Positions 25,225 to 40,200 are shown, counted from the first letter of the stretch. The stretch is DNA of 64,000 nt from Octopus bimaculoides (GCF_001194135.2 NC_068989.1:63292830-63356829); one strand, 5' to 3'. Notes: generated by a model not told the origin, from the sequence alone. Program-made: numbers and translations.

Positions 25225-27103
25225 ATGCATGAGCTAAGAGCATCCCTAAACAACCTATTGAAAAAAGGCGTGATATGGTATTGGTCAGACAGGTCTGAAA
25301 AAGCGTTCGAAGAAATTTTTAAAATTTTAACATCGGAACTATCATTATCGCAGTTTGATCCAAATTTTAAGATAGTAGTAGCATCAGATGCTAGCGAAAG
25401 TGGTAGAGCAGCTGTAATTTTAGACAAGTATGGAAATGGTAGCGTAAAACTCATCACTCATGCTTCACGTTCATTATTGGCGGCTGAAAAAAAAAAAAAA
25501 ACTACTGGCAAATTGAGAAGGAGGCACTAGCCTTTATTTTTGTGGTGAAAAAATTTCACAAATTCATACATGGAGGAAAATTCAGTCTGCAAAGTGATAA
25601 CCACCCATTATTATCAATTTACGGATCGAAAAACGATATCCCCACACATACAGCTAACCGATTGCAGCGCCGAGGGACAATCCTGCTCAGATGGAATTTC
25701 TACCATCCTTTAGGATATGCGGATGGGCTGTCAAGATTGATTCCTAAATACAATGAACCGTTAGCGGACACGGTAATAGCGACATTAAAAGCCGAAATCT
25801 AAATAAAACAATATACTCTGCAACGTAGTGCGCGAACTACTTGTCATTTTAATTAAAATAAAGCAGAGAAGGATGCGTTCGTAATAAAAATGAAAAGAAT
25901 AGTGAAGTGTGAAACAAATACAGAAGCTCGTGTAACCGAGCGTAACACAGTTTCCAAATGGTATTCGATAAGTGATGTCGTACTTAGGTACGCTCAGAAA
26001 GTTGTTAGAGCTGTTTCTTTGCAAAACCGTACGTTAAAAGAATTCCAGATGGTACCCCCAGGAATCGCGAAAATGAAAACATTTATGAGAAGCTATGTTT
26101 ACTGGCCGAATATAGCAGCACCTATAAAATTTCAACATTGGCCCAATCCTGACGTACCTTGGTCACGATTATACATAGATTTCGCTGAACCGGTAAATGG
26201 AGGCTATTAACTAATAGTTGTGGATAGTTACATGAAATGACCGGAAATATGTACATGTAGGAAGCCAACCTCCAAAGTAACGATGGAATATCTGGACGGA
26301 CTTTTTGCGTGATATAACGTGCCAGACACTATAGTGTCTGATAACGGAACACACTTCACGTGAAAGGAATTGAGAAACTTTTGCAGAATGCATGCAATGG
26401 AGCATATCACTACTCTGCTATACCATCCGAGATCGAATAGACTAGCGGGACGTTTCGTAGACACGTTTAATGTGGCACTGAAAATATCTAGTAATGAACT
26501 ACTAGTCGATACTGCTTTGACGCAATACTTAAGTGTCTACCGAATAATACCTTACCCCAAAACCACATCAGTTATATTACGGGCTGAACTAATGTTCACC
26601 AGGAAAGTTAGGTCAGTGTTTGACAAATTACTACTGGTAAGAAGAGAAAAAATGGAAAGAAACACCGAAAATAAGATGAAATACTTCAAAATCGGGGACA
26701 AGTATTTTCTTTGAATATACAAAAACGGAAAGGAAAGTTGGGAAGAAGGCATAAGTAAACATTTAAGAAAAATAACGTACATGGAAGAAGGTCATCCGTG
26801 GGAACACAAGAGGCATCTAAACCAACTTTAAAAAAAGGTTTACGGATGAAAGAATAAGACATGAAGTGCCAACGACATTTCTTTACTTAATTTTTGACGT
26901 CCCGAAACCTCAAGGAATAATCGAACCAAAAAGTATAGCGTCTAGGAGAAGAAAGTAAACAGACTTTTGCAAGTTGACCCAAAACGAAAAAATATTCCAA
27001 TTTCTTCCCGAGGAATTGAAAAAGAAAGTAGAGGTGGTAATAAAGATAATAAATAAAAGAAAAAAAATGACTTCCAACGAAAGTTAAACTTAAAAAGGGG
27101 AGA
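25225..27103 (+). mobile_element. Ty3/gypsy LTR retrotransposon pol remnant (RT connection, RNase H, integrase) ending in a PPT
   Basis: MHELRASLNNLLKK..W.WS, VVASDASESG, HASRSL, VKKFHKFIHG..LQSDNHPLLSIYGSK..IPTHTANRLQR, MKTFMRSYVYWPNI, WSRLYIDFAEP, IVSDNGTHF, YHPRSN..AGRFVDTF. PPT AAAAAGGGGAGA at 27092-27103; many frameshifts. Confidence 0.9.
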
Positions 27104-27362
27104 TGCTACAGGGAAATCCTGACACTCTTGTGGGATAGCATGTCAACTGTCCTAAATCGTATAGAGCTGCATAGGCACTCTGAGTGAAGGACAGTGTTGT
27201 GTGTGCAGGCGCTTTGTGAAGACAGTCGTAGAAGTCGTTGAGAAGAGATATTGTTTGTTACGTGTTGTTTCTGGATTATTTGTATTGTTATAAGTCCACG
27301 TTATAAAGTGACATATACAGTGAGTTCGAAGAAGGATAACACAGTGTCGATGAGACACAACA
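27104..27362 (+). mobile_element. Putative 3' LTR of the gypsy element
   Basis: Starts TG immediately after the PPT; plausible ..CACAACA end. The right boundary is inferred. Confidence 0.55.
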
Positions 27363-28784
27363 ATATTTTAAGACAAAATCCATTTCCACTCTGAGTTTTA
27401 ATAAAATATTTATGCCAAAAAATTATTGAAATCAAATGATTTTCTATTTATTTGTGTAATTATTTTTATTGTATATAAACATTTAAGAAAGAAAATCATA
27501 TTCTTCAGAGGAAGGTCAGTCACATCCATCGCTAGCTTATTTTCGCCCCGTTGATACTCTTTTTAAAGGATATTTTACGTATTTGCTAAATAAAATATCC
27601 TGAATGAAAAATCCACCTTAGCAACCGAAACATATTCTTTGTTTGAAACATGTAACATTATTGTACGATGTATGTTTACTCTCAGGCATTCAGAATTTTG
27701 AAATATTTAAGCAAATATTTCGATTTATAACAACAAATATACGATAAAATATATCAACTCCAAGCAGATGTACAAGACAGATATTCCTATGCACGAATAT
27801 ATTCATATTCAAAAAGATAGAAAAGCCTAAACTACCACTATTTTGATTATAACGTTTTACATTTCCAAATATCTTGGAATTATATAGTTTCTTCATACTA
27901 TTGATATTTCTTAAACATTCGATATCCTTAGACAAATTTATGATGTTCCAGGATTACTTTGCTGATGTCAGCCAAGTTGCATTCAAACGATTTACACTTA
28001 TGCCGATGTAGTAATATTTAGAAACTGTAATATTATCTCGAAAATCTGTTGCACAATAAAGTATCGATTCTGAATGACATAAAATATATAATGGAGAATT
28101 TACTGAGCTGAAATAACTACAATTGTAATAGAGAGTGTTTGTAGATAGCTGTTGAAAGGTTTTGTGTAGTTAACTCTCATATTCAATGGTTTTATTTCAT
28201 ATAAAAATATAAGATCACTTGATTCCATTCTTTATTGCTTGAAAATTTGAAAAAAAAAACCCATAAAATACCGAGTTGGCATTTTATGAAGATTCACTTA
28301 CACATATACATGCGGAGGGAGTTCTTTGTGTGTGTTTGGTATGTTTGTATGTGTGTGTGTGTGTTTAAATCTATTTAAATCATTGGCTTACAGTGATGGA
28401 CTCGAGCAACTTGAATATAATAAGAAATATAGGCAACTCAAATATAGGAAGAAATTCACTTGTATGAAACCTTACGTATATAGCAGACTTGCGGGAACCC
28501 CAACAATGAATTATATGGGTGAATTTAATCTATATCAGAGAATTAGGCAAAATGAGTTTAATAAAATTAATACACATATCCATTCATATAATTATAAAGT
28601 GTTTATAAATATATTGAGTATATTAACTATGAAATGTACAAATGAATTATTAATAAAATTCTCAAGATATCTGTCAACTTCTTTCTGTATTTGAATCATA
28701 TTTTATAACCACCACCCCCACCTGATAAAAAGACGGAAGGTGTAGTAATCTTCACTTTCCAAACGTGGAAATATGTGATTTTTT

Positions 28785-28900
28785 CATCATCGTCGTGATC
28801 AACATCATCTTTGTCATCATTATCATTTTCGTCATCATCATCGTAGTCGTCATCATCAACATCATCATCATCATTGTCGTCGTCGTCGTCGTCGTCGTAA
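28785..28900. repeat. (TCA)n/(TCG)n trinucleotide tract
   Basis: Directly visible. Confidence 0.85.
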
Positions 28901-28984
28901 CTACATCCATTGTATTCTTTCGTTTCTGTATTTTCTTATTCCCTGTCTATTCGTTTTATTGGTCATGAACCCTGATTAGATGTA

Positions 28985-29340
28985 ATTTGTTCATTTACAC
29001 CTTCAGGAATGACTTGCATCTCAAGCTGTCTGTTAAGCTGATCAAGATCCACTGTGTGATCTGGAATGGCAGCCTCAAAACCTATAAATTTTGGCTTTAA
29101 ATTTGGGATTATTAAATTGTTCCAGCAAAATTGCATTGTTCATTTCTTCATCTAACCGCAAGGGAGTCCAGTATCATTGATCGCATTTCTGATATTGTCT
29201 CACTGCCCGAACTCTTTTAATTTGAGCACATCTTCCTTATCAGCTGCCCTGATAGCATGATTGACATCTCTCCTTGCAAAAGCCGTCATGAAACTTGATG
29301 TTACTGTTGTGCCGATGCGGGATTCCACTTGCGTGGTTTG
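28985..29340 (-). mobile_element. pogo/Tigger-like DDE transposase C-terminal remnant
   Basis: SSFMTAFARRDVNHAIRAADKEDVLKLKEFGQ*DNIRNAINDTGLPCG*MKK*TMQFCWNNLIIPNLKPKFIGFE resembles the Tigger FKAYY..FWK.YNI..AI...AW....TM..CW..L..F.GF pattern. Confidence 0.6.
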
Positions 29341-31198
29341 AGAGCGAAAATATCTCTTAAATTTCAGCAAATTGATGCGGAAATGCATTAGAATATCTTA
29401 GAATTTTATCTAAAACTACAATGCCTTGAATAATAAATTGTTCATATCATAATTCTTGTAACTGCATTAGCAGAGTTATTTCTAATAAACGTCGGAATAT
29501 TGTTCCATTCCATCCGTAGTGTTTACTTTCATAGTAACTAGCAGCAAGTTGTACGATCCTTCAACGTTTCTACGTTTTCAGACTGACAGAATGTCACCAT
29601 TTAAAAAGTGTCAATTTATTCCAAGTTGAATATGCTCATGTGTAATTTTGTCTTGAATAAATATAATTATTTTTCCAAGCAACTTCTTCAAAAAAAAAAA
29701 AATAAATAAATAAAATAATAATAATAATAAAATAAAGTTCACACCAACATTAAGAAAAAAACTGCTATGCGGTGTAACTACTTCATAAGGAATATCAAAT
29801 GTTTGAAAAAAATATTATCATTGCAGTTTCTTTATGTGACCAGTCTACTTTTATAATTAGTTTAACATTATGTAAAACTGCCTTTTTCACACAATTGTTA
29901 GTGTCTGGAATTCTGAACAATGAGCTACCTATTCTGTTCTAATTACTCTTACGTATTGTATATAAACGTATAGAATTGCGTTGTATTAGTGCAAGCTTCA
30001 TAACATGTTTACCTATGTAATCACTCTCCACCCTTGCCATCGTTATTTCTTTACAGCAGCAACATATACATTTTTCATGCATTACCTAGACGTTCTAGAT
30101 ATTTTATTCTTATCGTGATTGATTCCAAACAGTTCATTTACTCATCTTCAAAGCTTATTGCGCTATGAAATAAGTTGTTTTCTGAATAATATCAATTGTT
30201 ATCTCTAATCTATTATTTTGAAACATCTCACATGTCTTATTATTCTAACCAGCATTGTTATTCTTTATAACATATTACAATGCTTTGACAGCTTACCTAG
30301 ATCAAAATAAGTTCTTAAATGTTACTTTTGTATAATGGCATTGTTCAGAGATAGACTTAATGTAGTTTTGTTTACAAAAAAATAACGGGGGGAAATGTTT
30401 GTGAATATCGCAACAGGCCGCGGATTTCGATCAACAAAAACGATAAAGAATACGAAATACTTAACGATTTCAACTTTAGTTAATTTCCGAGAAATAAATC
30501 TTGACTTGGGTTAATATTGCCCTTAGTATTAACCTAGCAAGAAATTGCAGTGTCGGAAACTTTCACTCTGAATAAATGTGTTATAGGTGAAATTTTTCGA
30601 AGATTATTACGGCTGTTTTGGGGGAAATATCCGATAGCCAACTATGTACAATTTTATTTCAAATATATTGAATTTACCATAATTTGGAAAATCGTCATAC
30701 ATCAAAATAAAACAGTCGGCTATTGATCAACCTTAAAACAGCAACAACAGCCTTTCTCTGATGGTGAGTTATGTTTTATAATCTACTGAACACTTGATGA
30801 ATGGATGTACGGGTAGCACACTTTTTATCGGTTATTGCGGCGATCTATATGTATGTACGTATGTATGTATGTAATTATCTGGCTAGCTCTCTCTTTCTAT
30901 ATATATATATATTTAATCTCTTTCTATGTGTGTGCATGTGTGTGAGTGTATGTGTTTATATATATGGTGGGCGTATTTGTGTGTGCGAGTGCGGTCGTGT
31001 GTACACGTGTGTGTATATTTCACTTGCTACATCTACAGCAACCAAAACATATACTTTCCTGCGTACATGTTGAGAGTTTACGAGAGCTAATGAAAGTGAG
31101 GACATCTGATATGCTCTTGTTGTTCATGTATATATGTACACAAAGACACACACGTACATACATGCATGTATATTTACATACATGCATACATACATACA

Positions 31199-31232
<34 letters not shown>

Positions 31233-31532
31233 CACACATACATGTATAAATAGAGCAGAGAAAATTGTATTGTCAATCCGTAATACTTATAGAAGGAACA
31301 TTATTGCATTTGACAAAGGAGATGTGATATATTATTGACCAGCTTTTTGCTGGTCAATCATATGACCAGTAAATTATGAATTATATACAAAAATACAAAT
31401 AGGCGATTAGTTTGTGATTCGTTGCCAGTGAATTGGTTGAATGGTCCTATCAATTTTTTGTAATTCCCTCACTTATTTTAGTAATATGATTTTGTTTTTC
31501 GTATGTGTATTTCGTGTGCAAGATTCTTGATG

Positions 31533-31876
31533 TGGATACGTGTGTTGAAAGAAATACAATTAAACCTTGGGAGAGGCATTATGCCGGTAATAAACACACG
31601 CACTGGTTCAGTCCTTTATTAATTTATATAGTTTTTTGTTAAATTATTTCATTGCACTCTTGCAATCTCTTCAGTAACTTGTCTCTCCACTTCCATTTAN
31701 NNNNNNNNNTGGATACGTGTGTTGAAAGAAATACAATTAAACCTTGGGAGAGGCATTATGCCGGTAATAAACACACGCACTGGTTCAGTCCTTTATTAAT
31801 TTATATAGTTTTTTGTTAAATTATTTCATTGCACTCTTGCAATCTCTTCAGTAACTTGTCTCTCCACTTCCATTTA
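31533..31876. other. 167-bp exact duplication flanking a 10-N gap (unmerged contig overlap)
   Basis: 31533-31699 is identical to 31710-31876. Confidence 0.85.
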
Positions 31877-32613
31877 TTTTGAATGTATGATCTGGCGTTG
31901 TTTTGGCGTTGTTTTGTTGCATATAAAACCTTATTCAAAGATAAGGAATAAATTATAGAGTTTAATTTTTTAGATCACAGCTTTAGGATTTACCAATGGC
32001 AAACTGCTGAAATTTGCTTATAGTTCAGGCATAGATTTACACCAAATTATTCTTCTTTTGCTGAGACGACAGCAATTTCAGGGAAAGTGTTTAGTTGTGA
32101 TCAACGATTCCAATAAATTCTAGAATTGTTTCTATTATATCATCATAAGCTTTACAACTGTGAGCATGATGTAACTTTAAATATCAGGGACTACAGTGTT
32201 CACTTCGTCTCTTAAGAGTTCTGTAGGTATCTCAAGAATCTAGGCTGCTATAGTTATAGTCTGTAGCTGGTGTAACCACATTCAAAAGGCTTCCTTCTGT
32301 TTTCCATTACGTAAGCCGAAATTGGAATGAATAATATGTATAAAACAGTGTGACAACTCTAGCTAGTGATGAGCATAAATATAAACTTGCTCCTATTTCA
32401 AATATGTTCGAGGCATATTCGAATACCTAAGAAAGACAATCACTCTGTTTTGTCATGAAGAATGGTTTTCTTACGGGTTTGAATATGATTAAATTATATT
32501 TGAACGGGTAACAATGTTTGTACTATGCACAAAATCGCGTGGAGAGTCATTCAAAATTATGAACCTTTTAAAAAGATGGCACTTTTTTGCCGTACTTTAT
32601 GTTCAAGCGTGCT

Positions 32614-32752
<139 letters not shown>

Positions 32753-35436
32753 ATGATTTTCTGCATGTGTTTTTCTGCGTACATGTGTGTGTGTACCCCC
32801 GTGCGCCTGTGTTTCTGCGCGTGTGTATGCATGTACTTGTATAATAGCCAGTTTGGTAAATATTCATATTTATACACTTATACAAGCAAACTTGAGAATA
32901 TGGTTTGAATGTGATTAAAATCTATACCACTGAGAGGTTAAGCAGCAAATATATTCTTTTATAGGTAGAAATAATTTGTGTTTATATTCAATAAATATTC
33001 ATTTTCTGTTACCCGAGACATACACACACACACGCGTTATATATGTGTGTATCTGTGTGTGTGTGTGTGCGTGTGTACGTGTGTGCTTCTGTGTAGCTAA
33101 ATAGATATATATGTATAGATATATGTACATATATATGTATAGGCGTATATGTATAAATGTATATATATGAACGTATACATGTATATACATAAATATACAT
33201 CAATACAGGTATATATATTTATATATATATATATGCATATACATATATATATATATATATATACATATATATACATATATGTGTATATATATATNNNNNN
33301 NNNNNNNNNNNNNNNNNNNNNNNNNNNNNNNNNNNNNNNNNNNNNNNNNNNNNNNNNNNNNNNNNNNNNNNNNNNNNNNNNNNNNNNNNNNNNNNNNNNN
33401 NNNNNNNNNNNNNNNNNNNNNNNNNNNNNNNNNNNNNNNNNNNNNNNNNNNNNNNNNNNNNNNNNNNNNNNNNNNNNNNNNNNNNNNNNNNNNNNNNNNN
33501 NNNNNNNNNNNNNNNNNNNNNNNNNNNNNNNNNNNNNNNNNNNNNNNNNNNNNNNNNNNNNNNNNNNNNNNNNNNNNNNNNNNNNNNNNNNNNNNNNNNN
33601 NNNNNNNNNNNNNNNNNNNNNNNNNNNNNNNNNNNNNNNNNNNNNNNNNNNNNNNNNNNNNNNNNNNNNNNNNNNNNNNNNNNNNNNNNNNNNNNNNNNN
33701 NNNNNNNNNNNNNNNNNNNNNNNNNNNNNNNNNNNNNNNNNNNNNNNNNNNNNNNNNNNNNNNNNNNNNNNNNNNNNNNNNNNNNNNNNNNNNNNNNNNN
33801 NNNNNNNNNNNNNNNNNNNNNNNNNNNNNNNNNNNNNNNNNNNNNNNNNNNNNNNNNNNNNNNNNNNNNNNNNNNNNNNNNNNNNNNNNNNNNNNNNNNN
33901 NNNNNNNNNNNNNNNNNNNNNNNNNNNNNNNNTATATATATATATATATATATGTATATATAGATATATAATTTTCTCTGTCCCACTGATTGGCATTTTT
34001 CCTAAGTCAAAGCTAATGAATATATGAATAAATTTAGGAAGAACTGGAAATTATCCAAGGGTGAGAAACATTAGTTAATGGGTGTATTTGGTTATTATTC
34101 GTTTATTTGATAATTTCTTCTCCTCATTCACCTCTTAATAACCTACGACACTACATTCATGTCTATTACCACCTATTAAATACACATTAGTTAATTTCCA
34201 TATATTTAGTTCATTGCAATGTAAGAAGAAAAAAACAACTTACCAAACACTATGCAATAGCCGACTAACTTCCTGTGAACGAACAAAGCATTATGAATAA
34301 CGAGTAAAGATTTTCAGTTAGTAACTATTTCGGATATACTCTTTGTCTGATCTCTGTAACATTATTTGATCTCAGTAATATGTAAGTCGTATGTTGAATG
34401 AATGGAGAGTGGAATTACAGAAATGTTAAAAAAGACAGCATGAAACAAACAAAAAAATAATGTAAGTCATATTGCTATATACTAAATAAAGAAAGCAGAG
34501 CTGTATATTCTAAGTAAATTGAAAAGAAAATAGATGAGAGGAAGTAAAGCAGAATATAAATGCTTGTCTAAATCTGAAAATGTAGAGAATATGAAAAGGA
34601 GAAAGCAATATTAAATATCAAATATCAAATTCTACAAAATTGTATAGAGGTTCGATTTTTGAGCAAATGAAATATGGAAAGTAAGAAATAAAACTTTGAT
34701 AAGGGCAAACAAGTCTGTTACGAAATTTTTTATTATATAAATGCAATCAGTTATTTCAGCGGATTTTGTTACAAAATGCAATGTATTTAAGTTTGTAGTA
34801 CAATTCGGGATAATTGTATATCTATAAAATAAAGATATGTTATGAATAAGGGTAATAAAATTCAAAACATTCACTTATAAATGTCGGTCAGAATGAAATG
34901 TGAAATCATGTTAGTAAAGCAAGCAAATAAATGCCGCAGAAGTAAGTGTGTAAAAATAAAATATGTGATGTTAATCAGTATAAATATATGTATTATTCTA
35001 AAGTTTAGAGGAGGCTTTCAGTGTATATCTTGTATGACATAAAGTTTCAAAATACATGCAATCATTACAATACATTATTCAATAATATTTCATAGCCAGT
35101 ACTTCTGCAATTGGTTCTTGATTTTGATTCTCGCCAGGTCAGATGTTTAAAATTGCTCTGCTCAACTGAAATATACTAAATATACTGCAATTATTTGAGA
35201 GTTTATGTTTATTTATTTTTTTTGGGGGGGGCGGCCTTTTGTTTTTTGCGATTTAATATATTCCTATCGGTTTCCAAACCGCTTCTCTCACTATTCCGAA
35301 GAACAAATGATGTTGGAATAGAGACATCTATAGAAACATGGACTAGAAAATGTAGTTCTTTCTCCATTTGTTGGATATATAAATAGAATTAGATGCTTTA
35401 GTAATATAATTGGTTCTAACATGAATTAGATCTAGC

Positions 35437-35660
35437 TCTAGGGCGGTGAGCTGGCAGAATCGTTAGCATCCGGAAAAATGCTTAGCAGTGTCCTGTAAGT
35501 TTTTATATTTTGAGGTAAAATTCCGCGGAGGCTGACATTACCTTTCGTCATTTGGGGGTCGATAAAATATGAACGAGTTGAGTGCTGAGGTCGATGATAT
35601 GGACTGACACTCTCCCAGAAACTTGCTGGCCTCGTGCCAAAATTTGAAACCAGTATACAA
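35437..35660 (+). mobile_element. SINE family A, near full length, tail type A
   Basis: AGGGCGGTGAGCTGGCAGAATCGTTAGCA head, GGGGTCGATAAAAT centre, TGCTGGCCTCGTGCCAAAA tail. Confidence 0.8.
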
Positions 35661-36497
35661 GAAAGTTTGCTTTTATACACCAGAATCGATATTCAATCTC
35701 CCTAAATGTTTGTATGATTTGAAAAAATTAATGAGTAGATCCGATGAACACAGAAAGTTATGATTTAACTTTCTACTCTTTTACTTTATCTCCAGATACA
35801 ATTCGTATGAAAGTGATAATAGATGACACAAGGCGTATCTTTACATTTTTCCATTTGTTTAAATCCAAGGACTAGCTCATAAAATAGTTTCTGTGCAGAT
35901 TATCTCTGACTATCATTAATCTTTGACATAGTCTCTTCTTACTTGACAGATATGTTAACTGTCATTCATGGAAAACGAAAGATTAAATCTTAGCGGTCGT
36001 GATTTCAATTTGTATAGGAAGATAATTCATATAAATCTGATTTAAGGGTTATATTCGTGAGCATGCTAGAGAGACATATTAATTCTGAATGCCTCAAGTG
36101 ATTATAATGTCGATTGAAATTTAGGAATGTTACCACACCAAAATATTTTCTACTGATGTTTGGGAGTATACTTTAACACTATGCAAAGATAAAACAGCCG
36201 TCAGACATTTATTACAGTGGAGGAGTCATACAAAAATCCACAGAGTGGCCAACAACACACAGAAGCGTAAAACACTTTAGAAAATATTTGACGGAAAGAT
36301 TTAGTCACTATTCCGAGTACTATTGATATGTTCTTGAAAATATACCAAGAGAAGTTCCAATTTATGTGTGTGTATATGTATGTCATTATTCAGTTTTATT
36401 TCAAGGTTCCTTGCCAATAGAGAAAAAGCCGATCCCTAACCTAGATCCAAATCTCCTTCATTAAAATTTCGACATCAACACGGTATTTTTGTTTGTA

Positions 36498-37215
36498 CGA
36501 GGGAGTACCCCAAAGAAACCGGAATTATGCAATGCTATTTTATTCACAGATTTTACATGTTTACATGTTTATTACCTTCAAAGTATTCGCCATTCCAAGC
36601 AATGCATCGGTCCAGACACGTTTTCAAGTGTTCGAAGTAGTGTCGTTGCTTTTGCAAAGTATTATCTTTTAACGCCTCCGTCGCTTTTTTAAAAATTCTT
36701 TACCACTTCCACATTCGGCGGAACAGGAAGCGTCGCAGGGAGCAATATCGGGAGAATAGGGAAGATGGGTGCGCGTGGGTCATGCCATTTTAATCAAAGA
36801 ATGTCTCATACTTGAGGCAGTGTGCGCAGGTGCATTCTTGTGATGAAAACACCAATCTCAACTTTGCTACAGATCAAGGTGTTTTCGTCTCACCGCGTCT
36901 CACAAATGCTTCAGAACGTAAAGATATCTGATTAACAGTTTGACCAGGAGGAACAAATACTTTGTGGACAGCACTTTTCGCATCGCTTAAAGAATCACCA
37001 GTGATGACCCTTGAATAAAGGTCCAGATCAACTTGCGAATGTTCTTTCAGTTCAGGACACGCTTTCAGCCGTGACTGCTTTTGATTTTCCTTGAACAAGC
37101 GACGTGCAAATTTTGCTGCAACTCTTTTCATTCGTCGCTCAAAATTCATAGGCAGCAGCTCCAGAACACAGTAGTTATATCAACAATTTCGTCAATTGTT
37201 CGGTGACGGTCCTCC
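36498..37215 (-). mobile_element. Mariner remnant, 3' end and mid region
   Basis: TA|CGAGGGAGTACCCC terminal repeat; MKRVAAKFARRL..QKQSRLKACPELKEH..VDLDLYSRVITGD, FVPPGQTVNQ. Confidence 0.85.
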
Positions 37216-37218
37216 TAT

Positions 37219-37251
<33 letters not shown>

Positions 37252-40200
37252 NNNNNNNNNNNNNNNNNNNNNNNNNNNNNNNNNNNNNNNNNNNNNNNNN
37301 NNNNNNNNNNNNNNNNNNNNNNNNNNNNNNNNNNNNNNNNNNNNNNNNNNNNNNNNNNNNNNNNNNNNNNNNNNNNNNNNNNNNNNNNNNNNNNNNNNNN
37401 NNNNNNNNNNNNNNNNNNNNNNNNNNNNNNNNNNNNNNNNNNNNNNNNNNNNNNNNNNNNNNNNNNNNNNNNNNNNNNNNNNNNNNNNNNNNNNNNNNNN
37501 NNNNNNNNNNNNNNNNNNNNNNNNNNNNNNNNNNNNNNNNNNNNNNNNNNNNNNNNNNNNNNNNNNNNNNNNNNNNNNNNNNNNNNNNNNNNNNNNNNNN
37601 NNNNNNNNNNNNNNNNNNNNNNNNNNNNNNNNNNNNNNNNNNNNNNNNNNNNNNNNNNNNNNNNNNNNNNNNNNNNNNNNNNNNNNNNNNNNNNNNNNNN
37701 NNNNNNNNNNNNNNNNNNNNNNNATACATATATATATATATATATAGCAATAAGAAAATGAAGGGGAATATGTGGTACTCATTAACTTGCAGACAATGTA
37801 CTATGTTAATTAATCCGTTTATTTTTCAACCAAAAGGACAATAAAAACAATATGCAAACACATATGACACACTATGTCATATTAACAACTAAAGATTCAA
37901 AATTCAAAAGGACATCTACCGACCGAAGAAGGGACAAAGTCATACATCTGTTTCGGCCTAAATTTGACATGCACCATTCTATCTATATAACTCCAGTAAC
38001 CTGGAGTAATTGGTAGATGAAAATGATGCAATGGAAGTACATGCATAATTCACTAGGCCTCTTCAGAGATTTACAAAGTTCAGTTCATGAAGTTTAAAAC
38101 ATTCAAATATAAATATAAAAATATAAAAATATAAAAGCATATTAAAAAAAAACTTATAAAGAGTCATAAAAACTCACATATATATGCATATGCATGCATA
38201 CTTTAACATATACAGATATACATAAATACATAAACATAAATACATGAATACTTATAAGTGTGTTTAGATGTACATACATAAATGTCTATACATGCACACC
38301 AAAGAGACAAATGTTATTGTTACTATATATGAGGAGGACACATACATACATACATACATACATACATACATACATACATACATACATACATACATACACA
38401 TATGTTTATATGAATACTCCCATACATACATTATGATAATAATGCTTAAATATGTTTAACCTGTGATGAGATATATATTTATATTTATATAAATGTGTGT
38501 GTGCGCGTAGGGAAATAGTTATTTTTTTTTTCCCCTACGTATCTATTTTTTTAAATTTCTCCCTAAGTGTCTTACAATAAGAACAATATTCAAATGGTCC
38601 CGGTCATTCAGACCCTTTAGTTAGAAAGGTTTCTGATTTAGATACGAGACCGGGAATTTTGAATTGAATGTGTTTCTCGAATCTATTGGCCCCATTCTAC
38701 ACACTAAGGACAATATGAACGGTTTGAATTCAGAACGTAAATAGTTGGAACTGATCGTACAAACGCTTTTTCCGCCGTTTTTAATAATTCTGACAAGCCG
38801 TTGCCCACGCCTCTGCTACTAACATAAAGGTTATTGCAGAATACTGAATATTTAGAAAATTCTATGTTCTATTTTCCATAATCGTTTTTACGTCTGCAAC
38901 GAAAATTGTTCTAACAACGGTGTGTGAAGCATTTATTTCTACATAATGAACACACACACAAAGACACATAGATATGTGCATGTGTGTATACAAGTATAAG
39001 AGTTTGTGATTGTGCCCATATATATATATATGTATATATACACACTCACATAAGTGTATGCCTCCATGAATATGTGCATATATATATACTTGATTATGTA
39101 TACACAGACGTGTACGCGAAAGAGGGAAGTAGAAGACGAAGTTTGGTATTACGTGATCGAAAGTTGTTATAAGATGATCGAGAAATAGAAAATGATATTT
39201 ACTAGGAAACTAGATAAAAGATTAAGAGAACACCATCAGTCGGTAGTTCAATTAATTCAGAGAATGTCATGTAATAGATTGTGGCCGTGAGGTTGGATTT
39301 TCTGCAGTTAAATGCAAGGTACGCGTAAACATCACAATGTTAATATACCACTTAGTAATGTTAGTAGATATTGAGGTGAAAATGTCATTATATGCTATTA
39401 CAATTTGATGACGAAACACCTTAAACACACAGGATAAACTCAGCCATAACACAAACATTCTTAACTAGAATCGTTTTATAGAGCCTTCATATTCATAGTC
39501 AGCGTGTTAAAAGTTATTTATTTAGACTTCGTCTTAATCTATTCTTCGAACTTTTCTGTTTCTGAAGTTCAAAAATGTGCTTTTATCAATAATATGATAT
39601 CTGACAATTAGCTTATGGCGATTGTACTTCGGTAATCGAAAATTCTCAGATGGGAAGATATATCTATTAGCATTCCAAGATAGATCAATTGAAGCAAATG
39701 CTTCCGAGTGAAATTTTCTCATTGCTGTACAGAATCATTTTACTTTTATTTACCAAGCAAAATTATATCCCCTCCACTAAATTACTTAAGTTTTCACAAA
39801 ACTTGCTTTTACAATCCATAAAGCTATTTTTCTACATAATTTCTCGTAGTGTTGTGTAGCGATTTCTCTATATATATTTCTATGGTTCTTAAAGTTTCCC
39901 TCTTTCTGTATATTTCCATGTCAACTCCATTTATTTCGATCTCTCCCCCCACCCTCATATTTTTTCATTCTCTATTCTTTCTATAACATCAATATTTCTC
40001 TCTTTACATACGCACGAATTTTTGTATAAATAATTCTAACCTCTCTAGTTAAAGTTTCTTTACATATTCTTTCTCTGATATTTACTGTTCTTTCATTCAC
40101 ACGCAGTATATGACTATTCAAATGCGTTAGTGGCTTTATATATATGCTTGTGCTTCTATATTTCTATCTGAGTACGTGTGTTTCTATGTATCTGTGTGGG

